DNA of 63,998 nucleotides, counting the filler, from Folioceros fuciformis (taxonomy: Eukaryota): the NCBI GenBank assembly GCA_049999805.1. It is 4 parts of 4 records of this genome, joined end to end, with 100 filler letters (N's around TTAATTAATTAA, not from the genome) between each part and the next. Parts side by side here need not be neighbours in the genome. Positions count along the whole stretch, not along the records: positions 44,194 to 62,817 come from JBNGIO010004595.1; positions 62,918 to 63,998 come from JBNGIO010004672.1; 2 more parts are not named here. One strand, written 5' to 3'. This document shows positions 51,384-63,597 of the stretch, in pieces. The position numbers and the translations under genes are program-made. The stretch's first letter is position 1. Each line of letters starts with the position of its first letter. The notes below the pieces were generated by a model. The model did not search any database. It worked only from the letters and a program-made list of their open reading frames with translations, and had not been told where the DNA came from.

Positions 51384-52730
51384 TTAACTTTTGCCTGTCC
51401 GGGGGTCCTTGTCCTCAGTCACCTGGTGCGTCATGGCCCACATCTTCGCAGCCAATTCTTGGCTGGCTCCCAGCTCGATGACATGTCCGACGTTGCAGTC
51501 ACGGAAGTAGGTGCTGCTCATTCCTTGTCCGAAATTAGAGTCACCGAAGTACTTGCTACTCATTTGTTTCATATTGGGACGAAGAATAACGCACATGGAA
51601 GCTGGTGTACCACGTTGCGTGCCGTATGTACTGTGTACAGGAAACACGCCAAGCCTCGGGGCTACGGCAAGGCAAGCGGGACGAAAGGCACACGCACCTG
51701 AGGAATCGTTTTGTGACGAAGAAGAACAGCGCGTTGGCAACCACTGCAATGGTGGAGTTCATGACAGTGCGTACATTTCCATGAGTAGGAAGGTGGTTGG
51801 GTGAACGCCTTGCAAATTGCGCACACCAATCGGGCGGCGGACACTTCGAGATATGTTTGTATGGATCACTCCTGGGTGGACAGAATGAGCTGTAACGTAC
51901 GCGCCTTCTTCCTGCTTGAAAGCATCAAGAGGGCCTTCGACAATGCGCCCTTCAATTCCACTTTCCTTGGCAGGAGTCTTCATCTTCTCCAGAAGCAGCT
52001 GTGTGAGATAGAAATGACCGACATGGTTCACAGCAAACGTTGACTCTATTCCATCAACCGTCAACTCGAAGAGACACATGGCCACACCTGCGTTGTTGAC
52101 TCTATTCCATCAACCATCAACTCGAAGGACACATGGCCACACCTGCGTTGTTTCTGAGTGCGGAAAGTATTCAATTATCAGGTTCCAATTCCCATGGCAG
52201 CCATTCCTCACGTGCGAGGATGAGCACTCAGTCAAGAATTAGACAGAACTTGCCAGGCTAAGCTGAGCTCACATCAACACGTGAAGAGGATGTCTAGTGG
52301 CAAGGAACTGGAGTGCGAACTGCTTCACGGAGTCCAGAGAGCTCAAATCTAGCTTCATCACATCGATACGTGCAGTAGGAATTTGTTTGAGGATGTTATC
52401 TTTCACGATGCCAGCGGCGTCAAGGTTTCTCGCACCAACTATACCATGTGCAGCCCGCAGGATCAGAACGCGCACAGTTTCAACTCCAATTCCGCTAGAT
52501 CCGCCTTGAATCAAATCCCAAACACGCAAGAGGCAAAACTTCAGTCATTCCGAATCTCAAGGCAACACATTCAAGACCGTAAAAGTTATGCAAGTACGAT
52601 GCAAGACAGATCATTTCCGGACCTGTGACAATCGCTGTCAAGCCGGATGCATCCAAGTCTCCAATGACTTCCTCTCCCGTTGAGGAAGACCCGAAGCCGC
52701 TCTTCCCGACCTTCCCAAAAAAATGATATG
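51384..52730 (-). pseudogene. TIC32/retinol-dehydrogenase-like short-chain dehydrogenase pseudogene
   Basis: GKSGFGSSSTGEEV...LTAIVTG, GSSGIGVETVRVL, MKLDLSSLDSV, FAVNHVGHFYLT, SVHPGVI and KYFGDSN are present. No start codon (in-frame TGA upstream), an internal tandem duplication at ~52035-52151, the catalytic YxxxK segment is deleted, and there are frameshifts. Confidence 0.75.
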
Positions 52731-53575
52731 CTCAATCTCGACCAACTACTGCCTACTGCCAGTGTGATTCAGATGGTGACGGTTTCGTCTCAACAGATAC
52801 GATTCCTCCGTAGCTTTACTTTCTCGAGACCTTCGAACATCCTGATCATGCCTCCCCATCGGTCTGTACCTGGTCGACCTTGAAGCTTTGGGGTATCTAT
52901 CAACCTCGAGAACTCGTGGTGGACAACAAACATTGTCCCTATCCCCATACAAACACTGCATCCGAGCCAACATCTGGTACGATCTGCTGTCCTTTGCTTT
53001 GCTTAAACAGGGTCTCCTCTATCAGAACTTCTGAAGGCTCCATCAGCTGCACAACCCATTCTATGTCGTAGCTACTTATTGCCATGTCAACTCGAATACC
53101 AAGGTACCTCAACCTGCATGCACTTCAAACTACCCATCAACCAGAGGAATGGCATGGACCATGTTCCTTCAACCCTAAACCTGTGATGACTTCTTCCAAC
53201 TTAGGACGAGTTTTGCAGTCTTGAAGATGGAGCTCACACTTGGGTACACTGCGGCTGGATGTAGTTTTAAGCCCGGCATCTCGAACACGCTAGGATATGA
53301 AACATGCATGCACGCAGCTTGATTTTGCCAAGGAATGGAGTTGAATGCAGATGAAAAGCTTCAGGCGGACTGCCCATGGGTCATGTGCAGCAGCCATCTG
53401 CCGTTGTGTTGTCAGCTAATTGCAGCTCGATTTTCTTCTGCTGGTGGACTGACCGAAGTACACGATGTTCTTGCAAGGATTTTCTGGCAATCGGACGGAC
53501 CAGATGAGCCTTTGAGACGCGGTTCCACCAGTGCAGCGTGTAGCGGGGCATTGGAATTCTGTCTCGGGTTGAATC

Positions 53576-56062
53576 ATGGTTTTGCGAGTCAGGGTTGCAC
53601 GCAAAGGCCGAAGGAGCCTCTTGTGGCAACAGCGTTTCTGGATCCGACAAATGATACCAGGTCTGGGAGGGAGATATCCTGGTGGTCTGAGTTCAGGGTC
53701 TGAACCGTTGCCCAACGAAGAAGTCTGGCAGGCCAGGAATGGGTCAGCCCGTCCCACAGAATGGGTGGCTGGAGAGAAACTTTCCGGCAAGAGCGGGCGG
53801 CAGGAGCTCTTGCAGATGGCTCTTCGTGGGCCCTCGCCCAAGTCGAGCTTGTCGGATGATCCTGACAGTCGGATCCGTGCTGGCTGCGAAATGGGCATGG
53901 CGGCAGAAACTGTGAGCAAGCTGTGCCAGCAGGGGGAGCTTCGTGAGGCCATTGAGGCTCTGGAGGTGCTAGTAGAGACAGACTCCCCTGTGACCAAGTC
54001 TCTGTTTTATATTGTTCTACAAAAATGTATTGGAAAGAAGAATCTGGGTCTGGGGCGCAAGGTTCATGGCCTCATTGCCAAAAAAGGGTATCACTTGGAC
54101 ACGTTCCTGTGCAACCACATCCTGAGGATGTATGCGTCTCATGCCAGGATGCAAGAAGCGATGGATGTGTTCACGTTAGTTCCCAATCCAGATGCATTCA
54201 TGTGGTCTTCCATTATTTCTGCCCATGTCAAACATGGGCAGGCTAAGCAGGCCGTACAACTGTATCGTCAGATGTGTAGTTCAAGTGTGAAGCCAGATGA
54301 CCATGTGTTTTTAGCAGCTCTGCAGGCTTGTGCAAGGGCAGCAGACTTGAAAACTGGGCAGCGGGTGCATGCGGATTTGGTGGCCAGGGGCGGAGAGCCT
54401 CGTTTATTTGTATCCAATGCCTTGGTGGACATGTACGCAAAATGTGGAAGCCTTGAGGATGCTCAGAAAGTGTTTGACAGCCTTCCTCAGAAAACTGTGG
54501 TGACGTGGACTGCTATGATAGCGGGATATTCTCAGCAGGGCAAGGGTCAGGAGGCCCTTACTCTTTACACGGCCATGCAGCGAGAAGGCGTTGCTACACC
54601 TGATTCGGTGACATTTGTTTGCCTCCTGCAAGCATGTGCGAGTGTGGGAACCTCGGCTATGGGGACAGGGAAGCAGCTTCATCGGCAGATCGAGGATGAA
54701 GGACTTCAAGGTGATGTGGTTGTAGGTTGCAGCCTGGTAAACATGTATGCAAAGTGTGGTGGCTTAGAGGATGCTCAGAGAGTGTTTGATAAGCTTCCTC
54801 AAAAATCTACAGTGACATGGACTGCCTTGATAGCTGCATATTCTCAGAAAGGGATGGGTCAGGAAGCCCTTCATCTCTACAGTGCTATGCAAGAAGAAGG
54901 CATTGCTGCACCAGATTCTGTGACTTTCGTTTGCCTCCTGCAGGCGTGTGCAATTGTGGGTGCCCAGGCTTTGGAGAAGGGGAAGCAACTTCATGCGCAA
55001 ATTAGAGACCGAGGAATCCTGGTTGGTGGAGGTGTAGGGTGCAGCCTGGTGAACATGTACGCGAAATGTGGCAGCCTAGAGGATGCTCAGAGCATCTTCG
55101 ACAAGCTTTCAACGAAAACTGTTGTGACATGGAATGCCCTCATAGCCGGATATTCCCAGCAGGGCATGGGTCACGAAGCTCTTCGTGTCTACACTGCTAT
55201 GCAAGACGAGGGCCTTGCTTCAGCAGATGCTGTCACATTTGCTTGTCTCCTGCAAGCATGTGCCAATGTAGCTGCGTTGCACTGGGGAAGGCACCTTCAT
55301 GCACAGATTGAAGAGCAAGGGCTTCAATCCGATGAGTTCGTAGCCATCAGTTTGATAAACATGTATGCAAAATGTGGGAGCATGGTTGACGCCCTTCAGG
55401 TCTTCGACTCATTGCAGGAGAGAGACGTCGTGGCCTGGAATGCTCTAATTGCAGGATACACCCGCCAAGGAGACAGTGAAGTGGTCTTCCAGCTATTTCA
55501 CAAAATGCAAGAACGGGGTATCCAACCAACAGGTGTCACTTTCCTAAGTCTCCTAACCGTATGCAGCCATGCAGGCCTAGTCGACGAAGGGAAAGAGTAC
55601 TTGGACTCCATGACAAGACAGTACGCCATCACTCCTACCACCGAGCACTACTCTTGCATGGTGGATCTCCTGGGCAGAGCAGGCCACCTCGATGCAGCAC
55701 TAGCAATGGTGAAGACAATGCCTGTAGATCCAGACGACACCGTCTGGCGCATTCTTCTGGGTGCGTGTCAGAAGTGGAGCAACGTCGACCTGGGACGACA
55801 TGCCTTCGATGAAGCAGTCAAACTCAACACCAAAGGCTCCGCCCCATATGTACTCATGTCCAACATCTACATCAACGCCCAGATGTGGGAGGAGGCAGAG
55901 GAGATGCAAGCAAGGAGGACAAAAACTCAGGCTTGGAAGCAGCCAGGCCAGAGCTGGTGGACAGACATGGACGGGATAGTGCACAGTTTTGTGGTCGGAG
56001 ACCTGAAGCTAAAACAGCTGGGCTCCCAAATTGAACCATCAGAGATGATGTATGCCACATAA
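53576..56062 (+). CDS. PLS-class PPR protein (organelle RNA-editing factor type) with E1/E2 and a truncated WW-type DYW start
   Basis: 828-aa single-exon ORF with repeating P-L-S triplets (WTAMIAGY / TFVCLLQAC / LVNMYAKCG), P2-L2-S2 (EHYSCMVDLLGRAG) and E1/E2 (YVLMSNIY), then WKQPGQSWWTDMDGIVHSFVVGD and a stop about 20 aa later. Confidence 0.93.
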   Translation: MVLRVRVARKGRRSLLWQQRFWIRQMIPGLGGRYPGGLSSGSEPLPNEEVWQARNGSARPTEWVAGEKLSGKSGRQELLQMALRGPSPKSSLSDDPDSRIRAGCEMGMAAETVSKLCQQGELREAIEALEVLVETDSPVTKSLFYIVLQKCIGKKNLGLGRKVHGLIAKKGYHLDTFLCNHILRMYASHARMQEAMDVFTLVPNPDAFMWSSIISAHVKHGQAKQAVQLYRQMCSSSVKPDDHVFLAALQACARAADLKTGQRVHADLVARGGEPRLFVSNALVDMYAKCGSLEDAQKVFDSLPQKTVVTWTAMIAGYSQQGKGQEALTLYTAMQREGVATPDSVTFVCLLQACASVGTSAMGTGKQLHRQIEDEGLQGDVVVGCSLVNMYAKCGGLEDAQRVFDKLPQKSTVTWTALIAAYSQKGMGQEALHLYSAMQEEGIAAPDSVTFVCLLQACAIVGAQALEKGKQLHAQIRDRGILVGGGVGCSLVNMYAKCGSLEDAQSIFDKLSTKTVVTWNALIAGYSQQGMGHEALRVYTAMQDEGLASADAVTFACLLQACANVAALHWGRHLHAQIEEQGLQSDEFVAISLINMYAKCGSMVDALQVFDSLQERDVVAWNALIAGYTRQGDSEVVFQLFHKMQERGIQPTGVTFLSLLTVCSHAGLVDEGKEYLDSMTRQYAITPTTEHYSCMVDLLGRAGHLDAALAMVKTMPVDPDDTVWRILLGACQKWSNVDLGRHAFDEAVKLNTKGSAPYVLMSNIYINAQMWEEAEEMQARRTKTQAWKQPGQSWWTDMDGIVHSFVVGDLKLKQLGSQIEPSEMMYAT

Positions 56063-57248
56063 AAACCATTTGAACGCCAGGACGAAATGTGGTGTTAGCA
56101 GTAGTGGACTTCCGTCTCAGTGCTCCGTTGCGGACCTCCATGCCCATCGTAGATGCCTTCGTTCCCATCGTCCTGCACCAGGAGCCTGCAGTCGATGCCC
56201 TAAAAGTGCACGAATATGGTGTGTGAATTGCTACCATAGCTTTTCCAAACAGCGCATTGGCCATGAACAAGCTTGATCTTGGATCGAAGTGGAAATTACT
56301 GTGTTATTCTGCAGACATTATTTATCTTGTGGATTACATTCTCCGTCGTCCGAAAGATCAGTGCACCCAACTGCCTTGCATGAGTTCTTCAACATGAGAA
56401 GTATATTGAACTTTGCTCACTTTGTGTGCTTCAATACCACATATTCCTCCTTATTGCCGACTTTGGCTAGGCATGATTTGAACCTATACGAAACATATTT
56501 TCGTTCACGTTTAGGGAATAGCTTTGGGACCTTGATCATCGCTTCCAAGAGTGTGTATTGAGATATAGACTATTGTATGCTTCTAGCATAGCATGAGTTC
56601 CCTGAGCCTTTGTTTTATACACTTCTCTTCTTGGGAGATCATTTGCAAGGGACTGTTGTGGCATGTTTTCTCCCACAATTGAGGATGTCGTGTGGGACCT
56701 TACTGGCTGCTTTGGAGAGTGACTGAGCCGTGCCATTTTGTGCTTCTAGCCAAGAAATTAAAAAAAAGAGTTAAGAATGAGAGGTCGTGATGGACTCAAA
56801 CAAAAAAAATCCTAGTAAGAGGATAACTTCATCTACGGACGGAATTGACTGGCGTGTCTCTCGGGCAAATTGCGGCGCTAATCCTCGTTCCAACGGTAAC
56901 CTTAGTTGAGTAATTTAAAAGTTACCGAGGACAAGAGTAAGTTTCCGAGTATTGCCGCGGCGAAAACTGCTATAGATGTGGAATGGTGTTAGATGTTTTC
57001 ACCAAGAGCGATATTTTGGGTCCTCCCTCTCCTTACGGCTGCGCCAAGTGCAAAGTTGCCGGATCGGGCGCCGGATTCGTGCTGATCGGGCCTCTGGTTT
57101 CTTGTTTAAATTCCTCCTTGTGGAAGGGGAGGAGCAAACATTGTGGGAAGTTGCAGCAGCTGGTGCTCGTGGGGAGCCTGAGGGCGTCGTCTCTCCTCAC
57201 ACGCCAAGCTGGTTGCAGAGCTGAGCCCGGATCTCAGAGCGCATAGCT

Positions 57249-58658
57249 ATGGCGGCCATGAGAGCGGCTTTGGTGTTGGTGTTGCTGGCGCTGGCCGGTC
57301 TGGCGCAGGCGGCCAAGGACTACGCCCTGTTGGGGTACGTCCCGGATGACCTGAAGTCGGAGGAGGCTATGGTGCGTCTGCACCGGAGGTGGCAGGCCAA
57401 GCACGGCAAGTTCTACAACAGCCTCCCGGAGGAGGAGGAGAGGTTTCAGATCTGGAAGTCGAACTTGAAGTACATCGCGGAGCGGAACGAGGAAGAGGAC
57501 AACTTCAGTCTGGGGCTGAACACGTTCGCGGACATGAGCCATGAAGAATTTAAGGCCAAGTACCTGGGGACGAGGATGGACTTGTCGAGGAGGGAGAAGA
57601 AGGTGGGAGGAAGCTTCAAGTACGCGACGGTGGAGTCGGTGCCGGATTCTATCGACTGGAGGACCAAGGGCGCCGTGGCTTACGTGAAAGACCAGGGGAG
57701 CTGTGGGAGTTGCTGGGCCTTCTCTACCACCGGGGCCGTGGAAGGTATCAACCAGATCGTGACCGGAAACTTGGTCGCGCTGTCGGAGCAGGAGTTGGTG
57801 GACTGTGACACCCGGGTGAACCAGGGCTGCAACGGCGGGCTCATGGACTACGCCTTCGAGTTCATCATCAATAACGGCGGGATCGACTCCGAGGACGACT
57901 ACCCGTACAAGGGCTACGGCGGGAAGTGCGACACTGCGAGGCTGAACGCCCATGTCGTCACCATCGACGGGTACGAGGATGTGCCGTACAACAACGAGCA
58001 GGCCCTGATCAATGCCGTTGCGAACCAGCCCGTGTCTGTGGCCATTGAGGCTGGAGGCCGGGACTTCCAGTTCTACACCAGTGGTGTGTTCACCGGAAAC
58101 TGTGGCACCAACTTGGATCATGGAGTGTTGGCTGTGGGCTATGGATCTGAGAATGGGCTGGACTACTGGATCGTGAAGAACTCTTGGGGTGCTGCCTGGG
58201 GAGAGGCTGGGTTTTTGAAGATGCAGAGGGGAACTGGGAAGGCTGCTGGGCTGTGCGGGATCAATATCGAGCCTTCTTATCCGACCAAGACCGGGCCCAA
58301 CCCTCCTCCCTCTCCTCCTTCACCCCCCTCCCCTGTCACTCCTCCTACGCAATGCGACAACTACCACAGTTGCCCTGAGAGCACCACCTGCTGCTGTCTG
58401 TTCCCAATTGGCAAGTATTGCCTGGCGTGGGGATGTTGCCCGCTGGAGAGCGCCACCTGCTGCGACGATCACTACCACTGCTGCCCTCACGACTACCCTG
58501 TCTGCGATCTGAAGAATAACCTCTGCCTGGCCAAGGCTTCCGGGCCGAGCACCGCGATGATGACCAGGATTCCTGCCTGGTACGACGTTCCCGTGCTGTA
58601 CAACTATTTCGGTAGGAGGGCTGAACTTCTCCCAGAAGCGGGTCATGCTTCTGAGTAG
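57249..58658 (+). CDS. RD21: Papain-like cysteine protease with C-terminal granulin domain (RD21-type), single exon
   Basis: Signal peptide, ERFNIN-like propeptide, [33 protein letters not shown], Pro-rich linker and granulin domain (CCC...WGCCP...[16 protein letters not shown]). Confidence 0.95.
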   Translation: MAAMRAALVLVLLALAGLAQAAKDYALLGYVPDDLKSEEAMVRLHRRWQAKHGKFYNSLPEEEERFQIWKSNLKYIAERNEEEDNFSLGLNTFADMSHEEFKAKYLGTRMDLSRREKKVGGSFKYATVESVPDSIDWRTKGAVAYVKDQGSCGSCWAFSTTGAVEGINQIVTGNLVALSEQELVDCDTRVNQGCNGGLMDYAFEFIINNGGIDSEDDYPYKGYGGKCDTARLNAHVVTIDGYEDVPYNNEQALINAVANQPVSVAIEAGGRDFQFYTSGVFTGNCGTNLDHGVLAVGYGSENGLDYWIVKNSWGAAWGEAGFLKMQRGTGKAAGLCGINIEPSYPTKTGPNPPPSPPSPPSPVTPPTQCDNYHSCPESTTCCCLFPIGKYCLAWGCCPLESATCCDDHYHCCPHDYPVCDLKNNLCLAKASGPSTAMMTRIPAWYDVPVLYNYFGRRAELLPEAGHASE

Positions 58659-59405
58659 GCCATTGTACTCTTTTTTTTTTCGGTGGACGAGGTGAGTTCT
58701 CCCTTTCAGCGGGGAGGAAGACAACGTCCCCTGCCCGCCGCCCTTCTTGGTGAGCACTTGTCTGGTAGGTTGTTTTGAGTAAGTAGGTAATGCGTATTCC
58801 ATTTTTATTGCTGTCTTAGCTAAGATCACGATAGTTTGTGCTGTCCCTTCTCTTTAGGATGTATCGAATGGTGGTGGTAGCTGCCATTGCAGTGCCTTCA
58901 ATTTGTTGATCCTTGTAGGAGTGTGGTGGGGCGGTCGACGCCTTCATTCCACCAATTTGTACCTTCCTGGCCAGCTGGAATTGTCAGGTTGTCTGGCCTG
59001 CATAGATTCTCTAGAGTTTGTTAGGCAGACTATGGCTTGTCTTGTACAAATGTCTAGGAGCTGTACCCAGTTTCAGGTCATGTCGTATCCTGCAGTAGTG
59101 CTTGACAATGGTTGGTGTTGCAGTGACAACCAAATCTGCCTTTGTAATTATTCTTCCAGGAAATTCGTATCCTGTCAATCTTCTTTGAGACTCGACTCCT
59201 GGTCGAGTCCTTTTGTCACTCCTTCCCATTCATGGGTTTCGTGGGCAATGAAAAACAGTGATTCAAAATCTGCTTCCTGTCCTGAAATCGACTTCATCTG
59301 CACGAAAGGACATAACACCTTGCTCATCTCTGCACTCGTAGAAAATACCTTTTCGAGGAACATATGAGAGGGCAAAGAAAGTTTATACATTTCTTTCTTT
59401 GCGTA

Positions 59406-61231
59406 CACTACACAACAACAAGAATTGTCGCAAACGAGACTAGTTCGTCACCCGTTTCGCTTTCCAGTCAATCTTGGAACATGGGCGTTCATTCTTAATA
59501 TCTCCTCTGTGAGAGCGCACGGGCAGATGGGCAGGCCATGGTCGCTAATAAGTGTAACAAGTAGTCTTCTCACGAGACACGGCACCAACGCCTGACAGGA
59601 CAGGACGCCCCCTGACTAGACCAGACTGCTTTCGGCAGGAATGCGAGCATCTTGCCGCTGCAAAGCGATAAGCCTCGGAGATGCACCTGGATTCCGACTT
59701 CCAGCGCCAATCAGTCGCGGCTGCAACCGACCTCTATACGTGGCCGTCTGATGGCGGGGCAAGTGTAGCTGGCCGACTCCCAAGTGGTGTGCACCCGGCT
59801 GCTTAACCATGTAATTAGGTACATGTCTGTGAGCCAGCAACCAAAGGCTCCGATCCGCGGAAGGTGCCGCGACCTTGGGCAGGTGGCGGAGCTTGGGAAC
59901 TCGCGCTGTCGCGTAGCAGTGCGGCCGACGTGCAGCCCCGCGGCTAGAGTCCCGGACACAGCAGGCGCTGGCTAAAATCGTGGCGCGTCTGGAGCACACG
60001 CAAAGCCTGTGCTCCGCCTCTCAGGCGCCGCTTGCGTAATCCGGCCGCCCACCCCCGCCACATTTAGCGGAGCCCGCGCGAAGCTTCCTGGCCTTGCGCT
60101 TCGAATTTGACCCCAATGTGGTGTCGTGGCTCCGTCGTTGCTTTAGTCCGTGCTGACTGGCCCCCTTTCCGTGGTGGACAAACCTACAACGGGAACGGGG
60201 GCGGCGTATTTAGCGGCAAACCGTTTCCACATCCAGCTCTCGAGCTGGCGTCATTTAGCGGCAGGCCAAGGTCAAGGCTTGCTGCTCCCCCTGCAGGTGA
60301 CAGTGAGTCGTCAGCTGCCCCGCTACATTTAGCGGCCGGTTTTGGGCGGCCCTTTCCCTCGCCCAATGGCCTTCGACGTCGGCCACTTCTTCCTTGGCCC
60401 AAACGTGGCAACCAATCCCTCACTCTGCCTCTGCGCCGTCTTTTACAAGGTTTCGCCCCCTCCGGCTATACTACGTGCTGACCGCCTATTATCCCGCGTG
60501 ATTCAAGCCGTTGGAACGCGAGGTAACTCGTTAACCGTATCCCGTTTTCGCTTAGTCTGCAGTTCAATATGGTCACAGGCAGCCCGTCGAGTGAAGCGCC
60601 TACTCACAACGAAGCCGACAAAAAGGAACCGCGCAGTGATAGTTACATACCGTAAAGAGAGGAGAATGTTATTTTAAACATCTTTTCGGCCCGCCGTTTG
60701 TCAGGCTTACGGCGCAGTGTTTTGATGTATGTCAGGGTTTTTTCAGCTTCTGGTCCCATGGGTTGGCCAGAGACCTATAATGAAGTAGATTAAGCCTATC
60801 GAAACGTGTCCTAAAACTCAAAACTTTATGATTAAGTTGTTGTGGCCATATGCAAGATCCTGTTTCTGCTTGTTGCGTCCGTCCCGCAAGATTGTGTTCT
60901 TGCTTGTTCCATCTGCAGAGTGTGCATGTGGCGTCCGTCCCACAAGATTGTGTTCTTGCTTGTTCCATTGCAAAGTGTGCATGTGGCTTGGCCTTGTGGG
61001 GTTTACTGTTCTGATACTTTGCGCTCAATGGATGAAGCGATGGCTCTTTTTTCTCAACTATCAAGATCCGGATGATGAAGTTGTGGCTGCACGTCAATAC
61101 AATGCAGCACAAAGCAGACAGTCAAACTCTCTCAAGTCTTTCATCTGGTCAGAAGAATTGCATCCACACTAATGGACTCATACCATGAGATACATCTTGT
61201 GCATCTCAAAGCTGAAAATTTGGGGAACAAG
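59406..61231 (+). mobile_element. Putative left end of a CACTA (En/Spm) element
   Basis: CACTACACAAC at 59406. Four ATTTAGCGG subterminal-type repeats at ~60062, 60208, 60253 and 60327. No right TIR or clear transposase in the window. Confidence 0.4.
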
Positions 61232-62817
61232 TGTTGAATTTAGAATATAAGAACCTAAACTTAAACTTGAAAAATAATAATAATAAAATATTGAGTACAA
61301 AATTATTTTTATGTTATGATTTATTAAATATATACCCTTAGATATCTTATCTATTAAGATAATTATTAATTAAACTATTAATTAACTTAATAGTATAGTA
61401 ACTAATATTCTGTAATTATGGTTTTTAAGATAACCCTATTTTAACACTCCCACTTACGTACCCATTAGTTAATTATTGGCTTCATTGAACTGCTAATAGC
61501 TAGCATTAATCAATTAAGATAGATAAATAAATAAATAAATAAATAAATAGTAAATGAATAAACCATGAAAAGACAAACCCGTTACGAGAAACGGATCTGA
61601 ACGCCAGGGAACGGGTTTCACGAGCAGCCACATCTCGCGTGGGCAGCCTTATCTCGCGCATATCAGCAGGAGCGCACACATCCTTCATCTCGCGCGCCTC
61701 AACTGTGCAGCCTGATCTTGCCCATGATGGCGAGCATGTCCTGATGGCTCCCATTGCTGCGAACGCGGGCTGATGGTGGTGGAGTGCTGGCTACGAGAGC
61801 CTGATCAGCTCTTAATCCTGACAAATCTGGACGGATTGTGGAGTGAGAAGGCTATTACTTGTGTGAGTCCACCCAAGGCGCTGCAGAATCGCCCATCTCT
61901 GTCTAAGCTCAGCTGTTGCAGATTCGCATACGTCTGTGCTCGGCTGCTACAAGTGGATTGGGAAAAATGGATACCAAGCGCCTGCAGATTCTTAATTGTT
62001 CTCTGCTGGCTACGAGCTGTGAGTTCCTTCTATCGTGAGTTCCTACTGATTAGATTGCACACTATTGTTATGTATTGTACAGGAACTGTCAAGAGTCTTA
62101 ACTAAAATACTGACATGTGTGTGTTGACTTACAGGAGCTGTGAAGGGTTACAGACCTACATGCAGACACGCTGAACTAAGAAGTGACTTGATTTTTTGAA
62201 CAGTCTACCACACTCAGGTTTTCCTTGTGTGTGTGGTGTTTCTCCTTTGAGAGAGGCTTTGTCAGCAAGTCAGCTGAGTTCTCATCTGTTTTACAGTATT
62301 CCAGCTTGATTTCCTTGTTTCTAACAGCATCCCTTATAAAATGATGGTGCACCTCCACATGTTTGGTTCGTGCATGATATATAGGGTTCCTAGCTAGAGC
62401 CAATGTTGATTGATTATCACATAAAAGGAGGGAAGGTTCAGTCTTTTGCTGTTGAAGATCTGTAAGTAACCTTTTGAGCCAAATAGCAGCTTTAGCTGCT
62501 TGCGTTAATGCTTGATACTCAGCTTCGGTTGAGGATAACGAAACTGACATCTGTTTTTTACTGGACCAGGTAACCACGCCTCCACTGACATCTGCTTTTT
62601 ACTGGACCAGGTAACCAAGCCTCCACTGACATCTGCGTTTTACTGGACCAGGTAACCTCGCCTCCAGCAAGCTTAAAACAATATGCTGAGATTGATTTTC
62701 TTGTGTCCAGGTTAGCGGCCCAATCCGCATCACAGTAACCCAGCAGGGTAAGCTTTTCTCCCTCTTTCCTTCTACAGTATGCTATGCCATGGCTAGCAGT
62801 TGATTTTAGGTACCTTA
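61232..62817 (-). mobile_element. Copia 3' portion: RT end/RNase H, long 3' UTR, PPT and short 3' LTR
   Basis: GYCDADWAANLDTRKS...VTWSSKKQMSVSLSSTEAEY...RTKHVEVHHHFIR...ADLLTKPL. PPT AAGTGGGAG next to a putative AT-rich LTR 61232-61446 (TGTTG...TTAACA). A ~40-bp triplication at ~62543-62665. Confidence 0.8.
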
Positions 62818-63178
62818 NNNNNNNNNNNNNNNNNNNNNNNNNNNNNNNNNNNNNNNNNNNNTTAATTAATTAANNNNNNNNNNNNNNNNNNNNNNNNNNN
62901 NNNNNNNNNNNNNNNNNACTCGAACATGTATAAACATGTGCCAACTAACAAGATGTATGAAAGCTGCCTCATTTTTTTTTTCAACTTTTTTTTTCAATTT
63001 TATTCTTTAATTATATTTTCATATGTATATTGATGTTTCATTATAATCCAATGGTTTTGTGAACAATCATCTCCTCCCTAGAGTAGAACGTGAACGGGCC
63101 GCCACAGGTCCTTACTTAGCTGATGGGAAGGTTCAGTCGCCAGGCTTGTGTAGCATTCTGATCTTCCTCCCTCATAAA

Positions 63179-63572
63179 TGTTAAGCATGATTAATGTTGA
63201 GATTAATTAGTGCTAATCTAGCTTATTGAGTTTGTACTAATTAGTGGTAAGAGTGATTAAGGTTATGATTAATATATATAGCTTATTAGACTTTGTTATG
63301 TTAGCCAAAAAGGTATTGTAGGGTTTGGGGTCATTTATCCTATATTGGGCACGAAATGAGAGTGCCACCCATAGGTCCATAAAAGAAGGGATGAACCCAC
63401 CTAGTATGAGTAGTCTAACTCCCTCTTCACTTGTATTGTGTTGTTTTTGTAATTCTCCTTTTATTTGAGTTTAAGAGCCTTGTTATAGTGCTCTTATTTT
63501 TGGGATTGTGCATCTTGCTTCAACTAACTTGTTTTAACCTCTTTTGAGCATGGCGGGGGTGACATCTCAACA
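63179..63572 (+). mobile_element. Solo LTR of the ~395-bp family with 5-bp TSD
   Basis: TGTTAAG...CTCAACA flanked by ATAAA at 63174-63178 and 63573-63577. Confidence 0.92.
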
Positions 63573-63597
63573 ATAAACAAGCTAACAACGAAGTAAG

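Noticed and set aside
57234-58121. 295-aa antisense ORF over RD21 (similar shadow ORFs over the HemD-like and PPR genes)
   Set aside because: Expected by-product of high GC3 codon bias on the sense gene, with no recognisable domain.
58903-59408. ORFs downstream of RD21
   Set aside because: No domain signal or splice-supported structure, so treated as 3' flanking sequence.
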